A DNA stretch of 64,000 bases from Lophium mytilinum (taxonomy: Eukaryota). Positions 52,191 through 62,620 of the stretch are shown here, one piece after another (within the stretch, counting starts at the first letter, position 1; each line of letters begins with the position of its first letter). The position numbers and the translations under genes were made by a program. The stretch lies in NCBI GenBank assembly GCA_010093605.1, contig MU004194.1:1154323-1218322 (forward strand), written 5' to 3'. The notes beneath the pieces were generated by a model. The model searched no databases, was not told the origin of the DNA, and saw only the letters and a program-made list of their open reading frames with translations.

Positions 52191-53006
52191 TGCTACGTGT
52201 ACGGCCCTTTTTTGGCTGCTTGTACGATGTCTTTTTGATACATGTACGAAACCCCTAGGAGACCTTTCACTGCGTTTTAATTGGCTTGCTTAAAGGCCCG
52301 ACTCCTCCAAAGCCATGAAAGATTTACTTAAAAACTCAACGCGCAGGTACGAGGTTTACAGCCTGCCGCAGCCTTGTAAGGCAGCTCGTGAGGCGGCTAA
52401 TAAGGTATGCGGAGGATCTTGTTGATAAGGACTTCACGTAGTGCTTATAGGGGAGCAGCGATAGAGAGAGGGTTGCTATTAGGTGCAAATCAATGGCTTG
52501 GGCATTCTCCTGGGCTTGTGGGCATGTATGTATGGAGCTATACATATATCTATAGGAATAGGAAGACTATAGATGAAATAGAAAGGCTGCACGTGCAAAT
52601 AGTGAAGGCCCGGCGGAAGTCCCAAGCCCTCCAAGCCAATCAAAACGCTGTGAAAGGGTCTACCAGGATAGGGGGTCGTACGTGCAGCAAAAAGACCTCG
52701 TACAAGCAAAAGAAAGGGGTTGTGTATATATATATAAGGTTTACAATAGCATAAGCGTTATATCCTTACGCATAATAGGCTTAAAAGCTTTTAAACGGGA
52801 CAAAACCATAAGCGTTTAAACGTAATACAACGAACATTAGATAACATTACAAGAACGTTAGAGAATTGTTTTATAATGCATTAAATACTATATATATATA
52901 ATTCTATTACTATTAATATAAAATAGAACTTAAGTAATATAATTCCTATCTATCTATCTATCTATCTAATCTTATATTAACTCTATACCTTAAATAATAT
53001 ATAGCA
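52191..53006. mobile_element. MITE-like element with about 100-bp TIRs; the right terminus is interrupted by a solo LTR
   Basis: 52191-52288 (TGCTTGTACGATGTCTTTTTG...CCTTTCACTGCGTTTTAATTGGCTTG) is closely matched by the reverse complement of 52632-52732; the terminal TAGCA resumes at 53002-53006. Confidence 0.8.
52733..52996 (+). mobile_element. Solo LTR, TSD ATATA
   Basis: TATAAGGTTTACAATAGCATAAGCGTTA...CTCTATACCTTAAATA; ATATA on both sides (low-complexity TSD). Confidence 0.85.
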
Positions 53007-53911
53007 CTAGTCTTTATATAATAGGCTAAATATACTATATAGAGACTCTATATCTATATACCTATTAGAAGAATACTATTAGAAAAATAAGCTACATCTT
53101 ATTAAGGTATATCTCTTTAGCTAGATATTACTAGATATCCTATGTCTTAAGTAAGATAGCTATACCACTCCAGCTACTTAAGAGATTAAGTTAGAGGGTA
53201 AATATATATAGAAAGAATAAAAGATCTCTTTAGTATTTGGAAAAAATAACATTAGAAATATTAGAAGCGCTTCTCTTATTTATCTATCTATCTATTAATC
53301 TATCTATCCCCTTTTCTTTTCTATATACTTATCTATTTACCTATTTATATCCTTTTTCTTTCTATCTACTTATCTATATGACTTTCCAGCTACTATCTCT
53401 TTATAATAGATAGCGGCTAGAGGCTTTAGTAAGTATACATACTATAGAAATGTAATCAGGGGCTAAACTATTTATATAACTTTATTTACTAGAGTATTCA
53501 AGATATTAAAGTAAGCTTGCTAACTTTTACACCTTTTATATATAGTCTTTAATAGTTAACGCTATTTATTTCCTTTTAGGTGTGATTAAATCTGTGCTAA
53601 CCTGGAAGATGGCGCTCTAGTAACTACAGCCTTCTGTTAGCTTGGAGAAATAGACTTGGCTCCGCAGAACCCGGCCTCAAAAGTCACCCATGCGTTCGTT
53701 ACGAGTGACTAGCATATAGGCAAATAACTAATTTACAAAACTGCCGTCTTAATAGATAGCGTTTGATCTATTATTTACCCTGCCAATTCTGCTGCAAAAC
53801 ATTTACATTGGTTAAGAGCTAAAAGAAATATGAATAGCAAGATAATTCCTATTCCTACAAAGGTGACCAGCACCGTCGCTCCTTCAGACATATCTCAAAT
53901 TCCATGGAAAT

Positions 53912-54388
53912 TTAGACCCAAATCATCGACATCGCCTGCCTCTGAGTGGACCGCCTCATCATCCCTCTGCACTCCAGCTTAATAGCATCCGCCTCCGCCT
54001 TTTCCTCGGGGCTTTGTGGTGAGATCGGCATTGGGCCGCTAATTGTCAATCGGTTGATCGTTTGGCCTGTTCCTCTCATCGTGACGACCGTAGCTGGGAA
54101 GTCGGAGGCGGGGTGGTCTATGGCAATCGTGTTCCGGCTCGCCAGCTTCACGGTTGCGTCCTTCCAGTTTTGGCTCTTTCGGCGCTCTTCGGGGCCTGGC
54201 GTGCGCATGGCGCGCTTCTTAGGGAAGAAGCGCTGATACTTGCGCCTCCAAAAACCCCGAGCCTTTCCTCCAGGACGGTTGCTGTTCTGGTTTAGGAGAT
54301 AATCTCTATCGGCTAAAGTGCAGACGGATTGGGAACGTTGATAATGGCCGTCGGACCCTGAGGGCTGCGCGGTCCGTTTGGCAACCAT
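53912..54388 (-). CDS. Hypothetical basic protein, 158 aa
   Basis: ATG in ACC-like context (AACATGG); intronless ORF containing LTISGPMPI; no recognisable domain. Confidence 0.4.
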   Translation of the reverse strand: MVAKRTAQPSGSDGHYQRSQSVCTLADRDYLLNQNSNRPGGKARGFWRRKYQRFFPKKRAMRTPGPEERRKSQNWKDATVKLASRNTIAIDHPASDFPATVVTMRGTGQTINRLTISGPMPISPQSPEEKAEADAIKLECRGMMRRSTQRQAMSMIWV

Positions 54389-55169
54389 GTTCGAACGAGT
54401 TGTTTGGTCAAAAAGTGTTTGCAGCGAATTGGACGATCGAACGCCGCCTGCTTAAAGTACTAAAAGAACTCTTAGCTGGGTTGACGTCAATGCCGAGAAA
54501 TAAACTGCATACCTGGAGAAAAGAATGAAAAACGAGTGGCACAAATGACGAATGATTCGATTTTGAATCGAGTTGTGTGTAGACTACAGGCCAATTTTGC
54601 TGGCGGGATTGCTGCAAATTATGTGTTCCATCGCGCTTTGAAGTCCGGTGTCGAATGCTGACGTCCGGACTTCTAGCATCATCACGGATGTGCTCGAACC
54701 ACATACGTCCTGTTCGCAACATGAGAATTGCGTCAGATGTTCGTTGTCCGTATCGGTGCCTTACGATCCTAGAATACCGAATCCACTCTAGTCAAACTAC
54801 GAAGAGTGGGGATGATCGACAACAAGTTCATGAGTGGTTGCTGTGTCCGAACTAGAGAAGGGTCTCTTGTTATCGTTCTCGAACTCCGTCGCGGATAACC
54901 AATCGTGCTCCGAGTTAGCATTTTGCAAGCGAATGATTCTCAACGGTAAAGTTACCACATAGTTGCGGGTTGGTGAGGACGCAAATTTTGCATGCGGAAG
55001 AGACTCTCGTGCCTGCTAATCACAACACAATTCATCTCTGCTTCATTGAAGAGCAGTAACCATCTTGCGATCTCGATTGCTTTGCTGTTGCACTTGCAGC
55101 GATTATCAACGAAGCGAACCGGTGTCGTGTTGAGAAGGAGTTGCTGATTCGGCTTGCCACTTAGACCAA

Positions 55170-56335
55170 CTATTTCGACGCTCCCACCAGCAAATCAGTC
55201 CCTATGTTCTCCCAGAAGGTGGATGCTTTTGCTTCATATCCAAACAGCTTTTTGGCCCTGTCAGCCGTGGATCTTGAATTGGAAGCGAACATATACGTAG
55301 CGATTCCTGGATAGTCAAACTGTTTCATCATTGTGTTGACCTGTTCAGAAGTCACTTTTCGGGGTTCCTCGGTCTTGAGAATCCCACGCTCGTGGAGAAT
55401 GCTCCCAGCAGCCTTGGCGATGTCCAATTGTGCAGCTTCATGAGTAGCCGCAAAGTAATAGCCCTAAACAGTCAGCTTCGGGTCCTACTCGCGATCCGGA
55501 TTATATCACCTGGAGTCCCCATTCGGCTTTGCCTCCCCCAGTAACCGCAGCTTCTACCAATTCCAAGTAGATGATCATGAGATCCTCGATGTGCACCCAG
55601 CTCCTCGTATTCGTCCCGTTACCGGCATAGAATGTCGCGCCCAGCTTTACGGATTCCTCCAAGAAAACGGGCATATAAACACTGCGTGTCCGGACCAGTC
55701 CTCTCCCGGTGCCATAGATATCAGGCGGACAGACGATTGCGGTTTTCAGGATATCCTCATGAGCGACAGCTGCACTTTGTATGATTTTGTCCACATTGCG
55801 GTGCAGAGCACTGTCAGGGAGAGATGTGATCGCGTCTATGTCAAAGATATCGGACCAGACCTTGGGGTTCAATTTGCCCATATACGTGGGATCCTGCCAG
55901 TCTGCTATAATGCCAGTGCCACTTAGATGAACCAAGAAAGATTTTGAGGAGCGGCGGACGAGTCCAGCGATGATTGCCTTGATACTTCCTTCGTGATCTG
56001 AGTCTCCGCTATCTTTTGATAGAGTTACTATTCATATCAAAGCCATGCCAGCAATGCAGACCTACGAACAACAACATTGTTTTGAGAGGCAGCACTCGCA
56101 ATCGTCTCGAAATCGTCATAGGTGCCTTTCACAATCTTGACGTCTGGATACCGCTCATGGAATTCGTTCGGCACAGTGCGAAGCAAGACCGTGAGGCTGT
56201 ACTCGGGGTGTGTCGTGACCAAAGTGTCCAGGACGGTGCCTCCAATATAGCCTGTAACGCCAGTACTATTGGAATGGTAAGCCTATATGATCTCCGAATC
56301 AAGGGGCTCACATACAGGAATATGTTTGAACCCAT
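55170..56335 (-). CDS. NAD(P)-binding epimerase/dehydratase-like (atypical SDR) protein
   Basis: IFL|TGVTGYIGGTVL, HLSGTG, CPPDIYG, WVHIEDL, SNSRSTADRA; 3 introns. Confidence 0.88.
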
Positions 56336-56903
56336 CTTAGTTTTGTACTAGTGGAAGTATACGCAAAACAAGAAGCGATAGTTCGACAGCTTCATTGCGG
56401 AAGCCTTATGAAGGATTGAAGTACTTTAAGCGGTTGCAAAGAGGTTGATTTATCAGCACCTACGCCAGATACGACCCAAGTGGGTATCGGGATAGGGAGA
56501 GCAAAAGCCGACCCTATACTGCCCTATTTATCAGCACGTAGCATTGCCTACGACGCAATCTCCCGCTAATTCTAACGACAAGAGCTGTGTTGGCTTTCAG
56601 ATCGGCAACATAGACCGCAAAACCCACACTGTACTTAAGCGGTAAAAGGGGTAACTGTCGTGTGGGTATTCAGGTTGACAAGTCAGCCTCGTGATGTATG
56701 AAGTAGTGACGGCAAGGAGATGTACCAAGTACCAGTTCCGGCCTACCAGGATTGTCAAATTTGGAAAGCCTTGGCGATGTGGCTGATGCTGTGGCTGAGA
56801 ATCACATGACATCTGATCCCCGCCAAAATTTATTTTCTTCGCGACGGAACTTCGTGCTGCAACAACCAGAAGCGGCCGCAACGACCACGACACAACTCTC
56901 ACA

Positions 56904-59217
56904 ATGGCAGCTTCCGAGATAGACACGAAGAAACGGAAGCGCAAGCACCGAGGTAGCAAGCATGACGCCATGGAGAACTCGACCCCGGACGAAGCAGTTC
57001 CTGATTCTACACCAGCCAATACCACCGCACCAGCAAGAGAGAAGCCGCGCAAGAAGGCGAAGAAGCAGGCCACGCCGCCATTAAAGCCAGATCAGGATGA
57101 TCAGATCCGTAATAAGCTGGAAGATACTGAAACGGATGGTGCCCATGCAGGCAACGATTCGGACGACGAAGCTGCGCAGACCAAAACGTCCCAGGCACTC
57201 TCGAGCCCTTTGGAACAAGGCGAGCTCGGAACTGCCCCGGCCGTCGACTCCCTAGATGAAGAGCAAGGTGCCCTGCCTACTCTTGCAGTAGACCCTCAGC
57301 ACTTCTCGGAGCTTCATCTCAACGAGAAAACAATGCAGGCGATCAAGGACATGGGCTTCGAGACTATGACAGAGGTATGGAAGCCGAGGCAAGGGAAAGA
57401 TTACAAGCTAATATATAGCAGATACAAAGGCGTGGAATACCCCCGTTGATGGCTGGCAAAGACGTCCTGGGCGCTGCGAAAACGGGTTCCGGGAAAACGC
57501 TCGCTTTTCTCATCGTGAGCCTCCCTTGCGTGTAGTAAAGCTCAAAATAATGGCTAACATGACGCCCCATTTCTAGCCTGCTGTGGAGATGCTAAGCGCA
57601 CTGAGATTCAAGCCAAGAAATGGCACAGGAGTCATTATCGTTTCGCCGACAAGAGAGCTAGCCCTTCAGATATTTGGTGTTGCTAGAGAACTACTTGCAC
57701 ACCACTCTCAAACGTACGGCATCGTGATTGGAGGAGCTAACAGACGTGCCGAAGCCGAGAAGCTAGCGAAAGGTACCCATTTCTTGAAATTCATGAACGA
57801 TATCGTTGTCTAACAGAATACAGGTGTGAATCTTCTTGTTGCTACTCCTGGGGTAATGCTCCCCTAGCATCTATTTGAATCTTCGTGCTAACTAGAGTTA
57901 GCGCCTGCTCGATCATCTTCTAAACACCCCTGGGTTTGTCTACAAGAATCTTAAATCTCTAGTGTACGTGTTACTTCCTGACCTTTCTGACGCCCTCTCA
58001 CTGACTTTGGAAGAATTGATGAAGCCGACCGGATCTTGGAAGTGGGCTTTGAGGACGAAATGAGGTAGGTTTGGGTCGCTCTGCTGGCTTCTGGGCAACG
58101 AAGATTTCTAATTCAGACCAGACAGATCGTAAAGATCCTACCGAAAGATGAACGCCAGACGATGCTATTCTCCGCCACACAGACAACGAAGGTTGAGGAT
58201 CTAGCAAGGATCTCGCTTCGACCAGGTCCAATATTGATTGACGTAGGATCTCACAAATGGGAGAAGCGACATGTAATTTCGATGCTAATTGGAGACAGGT
58301 CGATTACCGAAAAGAGCACAGTACTGTCGAGGGCCTTGAACAAGGCTACGTTATCTGCGACTCCGATATCAGATTCCGCCTCCTATTCTCGTTCCTCAAG
58401 AAGCACCAGAAGAAGAAGGTCATTGTGTTTTTCAGCTCCTGCAACAGTGTTAAATTCTACGCAGAGTTGCTGAACTACATAGACCTACCTGTTTTGGAAC
58501 TACACGGCAATATGAAGCAGCAGGCAAGAACAAACCGGTTTTTTGAGTTCTGCAACGCGTCATCAGGGATTCTTATCTGCACTGACGTCGCGGCTCGGGG
58601 ACTCGATATTCCAGAGGTCCATTGGATTCTTCAGTTCGACCCTCCAGATGACCCTCGAGATTATATTCACCGAGTTCGTGCCGTTCTTCCCATTTCAAAT
58701 TTGACTTACTGACATGATCAAGGTCGGCCGCACCGCGCGGGGTGCCAATGGGAAAGGGCGGTCCCTTATGTTTCTGTTACCATCCGAGGTGGGTTTCTTG
58801 AAGCTGTTGAAAGAAGCAAGGGTGCCGCTGGTCGAGTTTGAGCTTCCAGCAAGCAAGATTCTCAACATCCAATCGCAGCTTGAGACACTGATCGGAAAGA
58901 ACTACTATCTCAATAAGGTATGAAAGATCATGATGGTCTAGAAGACAAGTACTGATTTGGTATTCTAGTCGGCTAAGGATGCCTTTCGTTCATACCTGAA
59001 TGCGTATGCCTCACACAGCCTCCGGTCCGTGTTCGACGTGAGCAAACTCGATCTTGTGAAGCTTGCGAAGTCGTTTGGATTCCAGACACCGCCCAGGGTG
59101 GATATTACTTTGGGTGCAAGCTTAGGCAGGGACAAGAAGACGGAGAGCAGACGCGCTTATGGGAGTCAACCGAAACAGGGCAAACGACCAATGTACCAGA
59201 GGAAGATAGAGAGGTGA
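56904..59217 (+). CDS. HAS1: ATP-dependent DEAD-box RNA helicase Has1 (DDX18), about 10 exons
   Basis: [32 protein letters not shown] and HRVGRTAR motifs; Has1-typical FKPRNGTG and YASHSLR. Confidence 0.96.
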
Positions 59218-59363
59218 AACAAGTGCTAGTGCACTGGCAGCAAGCAAGTATGGAATCGTAGGCCAGAACGAGAAAATCCGTATGCGACGATAAAGCAGGG
59301 TTTTGCGACTCAAATGTTTATAGCTATAGATAATGACAAGAACTTGTTATTATGTTTCAGATA

Positions 59364-60339
59364 GGCGTTAGGACCTATACATCTCCTTCTTGGTAGATAC
59401 ACACCACCTTCTTGGTAGTTAGTTACACACCCCCTTTCTTGTCCGATATATTACTTGGCTCCGAGCCCCGGCCTAGGACTCTGGTTCGCTCGCTCGACTT
59501 GTTTACCTAACTAATTCTAAATGCTTTCTCTGAACGCGGCCGTGCATAACACAAGTGTTCTCATTGAATAGCCTCCATTCTTATCCTAAGCCTCAGCCTC
59601 ATCCTTGTCCTGGAGGAAATGAATGGGCGTATTGATCAGGATGGCCAGGGGGGGAAGGGGAGGGGGCGGAGGCAGTGTAGAGGGGAGCCAGGCTCAATGC
59701 GGAGACCCTGTGATAGGGGAAGGTTTTAATTGTGTTAGCATGCTCTTAGGCACTTAGGTATTGTGGTAGTGGAGGGCGGCACAGTCACGGGAGTGAGGAT
59801 CACGATCACTAAAGGGAAGCGAGAATGGGAGAGGATAACCTCACTTGTATTATCAAAGATAAGGCCGTAGCTGGGGTGCTGCCTAGGGCAGACTTTGCAA
59901 GAAGAAGAGATGACAGATGATGAAACGCTGCCCTCCGCGATCAAAAAAGGGCCCAAACGTTCATCATGTGCCGCTTGCATACCTGCGCCAATATATCTCA
60001 CCACAGTATGTAAGAAGCAGATCAATAGCCTATACTTATATATAGTAGGAAATAAGAGCTATATATTATTAAACAGGTAGGCTGCTTAGCCTTATAGATA
60101 CATATAACCTTCTATATATTCTTATATATAGCCTTATATATAAGTATATATAGACTGCAGTAAAAAGAAAGAATATATAATGTAGAGAGGCTAGACAACC
60201 TATAGATGCGCATAAAATAAGTGCTCTAGAGTATCCTCTAAGCCCTCCAAGCGATTAAGAGACTAGATAGAAGGGGAAATATATTTATTATAAAAGGGAT
60301 ATATAACTATTAAAGATAGGGTATATAGGTACTAATGTT
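59364..60339. mobile_element. Non-autonomous TIR element (about 975 bp, about 95-bp TIRs with internal ACACC-CTTCTTGG sub-repeats)
   Basis: Left GGCGTTAGGACCTATACATC...TTACTTGG versus right CCAAG...GTATATAGGTACTAATGTT (RIP-mutated reverse complement). Confidence 0.6.
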
Positions 60340-60616
60340 CTTTTAAGTTACTCTCTTAGAAAACTTTAAGTGCAGTATAGATAGCACTTAGATTATCTAT
60401 AGCCAGTGCTTAGATATACAACTTCTTTTTACTTAATAATAAGTAACTTGTACTGCTTAAGTAGAAATACTAGTATTTAGAGAAGTAGGCTAAATACAAG
60501 TATAGGTCTTTTTAGAAGTATTATATAATAATCATATTGCAAAAAGGGGTAGCACCTTTTTCTATAATTAATAAATAATAAAGGCTATAGTAGTATATAG
60601 ATTAATAGATAAATAA

Positions 60617-60697
<81 letters not shown>
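60617..60697. repeat. (GATA)n microsatellite within the RIP island
   Basis: Seen directly. Confidence 0.95.
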
Positions 60698-62361
60698 CAG
60701 ATTAATAGATGAATAGATATATTAATGCTAGGTATTTCAATATGTTAGTATTCTTTTTGAAAAGAAGAGTAGTAACTACTGAAGCTATGGCTTTAATATT
60801 TCTAGTATATTTTCTAAGTATTCACAAATTTACATATTTCTATCTTAGAATCAAAATAGATTCAAGCTACCTCTAGTAAAAGGGTAAGAGTACCTACTAG
60901 TAATAAGAGGTATAACTTTTATAGCTATAGAGTTACTAGCTCCTATATATAGTAGAGATTATCATATCTTCTAAGATTATAGAAATAGAGCTTTTACTTA
61001 CACCTATTATTTTAAAGTTAAGCCTAAAGGTAGATCCTTATGTACTAACTAGCCTACCTCTTAGCCTAGTAGTAAACTAGTACGCAAGATTATATATACT
61101 TAAGATGGGATATTAATAGCCCTATATTTATAATCTTAGTAAAGTAGTATTAATAGATATTAAAGATGTTAGCTAGATAGCTTTTTATCTATTTGAAATA
61201 TATTTCCTTTAAAGAATACCCACTTAGCTCCCTCTTATAAATTAATTAGTATAGTAATAATAGTAGAAAAGAGTTCTCTTTCCAGCCTTCCTACTCTCAA
61301 TACGCCTTTAGTACGCAGATGCTTTATATCTATTAGACTACTATAGAAGCTAATATAGGGTAAAGTATTTTAAAGTAAGCTATAGGCTATTTTTCTTTCA
61401 AAAAAGAAGAATAAAGAGCTGCTTTATAGATATATATAGCAGCTAGTATAGTATTATATTTCCTATATTAATTATCTATAATCTAATAGTACCCTGTAAT
61501 TTCGCTAGACATAACAAATTAGGGTTATAATTACTCCGAGGATAGTAGAAGAAGGAGTTAGTTAGGTGCCTGGAAATGGGAAACGTCAGACTTGCGTGCA
61601 GCCCAGCACTTTGTCACAGGATGGCACTGTGGGACTTGATTCGTAATTTCGGAGTCTTCCCGGATCAAAGCCGGCATGTTGAGCGAGGTTTAAGCTTGTG
61701 GCACGTCTAGTGTGGCGCTGTGTATGTATTTCAACGGTCGCCGTCTTCTCCAGCATATGCCTCAGGCTCAACCTCATGTAGCGGACTTTCCCGGGGAGAA
61801 GCTCACGGTCCACCATCCGTTGAGCTGCTTTTGGAATTTACCTCTGTCTAGGGCAGCCCTAGCACCGTTGCATCGCTCACCGGACGCCGCCTTGGGCACG
61901 TCGCCGTCCGTATCCACGAATCCCCATCCGTCTGGCGTTTCAATCCAGGCATCATGGCATGCGAGCCCCTCCAACACTGTGGGCTTTGTAGCGGGTTCTT
62001 CGTCTTCTGCCCCTTCTCTGTTAAAAGATGCCCGCAAGGGGGGTCCTCGCAACCTTTGTTTTGGACTTCCCCTTCATCTCACCTTCCGTGGCCGTCAGGC
62101 CACATTTAGGGCTAATTCAGCTCATGCTCATACACAACATTATGTGGAGCCGACCGTTTTTCTGTATGCTGGCGCTAAGCTGGCAAAGTGGGTGTCCGGC
62201 ACGAGCAATCATCGAGGCCCCCCTTGTCGTTAGCATAAACCCACACGTGCATATATACATACCACACTGTCAAAGGTATAGAGTCGATGGGAGAATAGAT
62301 GGATAGATAGATAGGAATTGTATTGCTTTTTTTCTATTCTACATCGACAGCAACGGAGTAT

Positions 62362-62396
62362 NNNNNNNNNNNNNNNNNNNNNNNNNNNNNNNNNNN
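62362..62396. other. Assembly gap (35 N) inside the Copia 3' LTR
   Basis: Run of N. Confidence 1.
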
Positions 62397-62492
62397 TAAT
62401 CCTTACACACTCCCTTAAGCGTTATATGCTTATTTTGTATATTCTTTTTCGAATAGATAGAGAGATAGATAGATAGATAGATAGAGAGATAT

Positions 62493-62530
<38 letters not shown>

Positions 62531-62620
62531 TTTCTTCTTTGCATAGATAGATAGATAGAATCTATGTATCTATGTATTTGCGCAATAGAGTTATATCTAT
62601 GTATCTATGTATCTATATAT

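Noticed and set aside
32571..52996. Dispersed about 250-bp repeats read as a CRISPR-like array or novel ncRNA
   Set aside because: They are irregularly spaced, match the Copia LTR, and have TG..CA ends and 5-bp TSDs.
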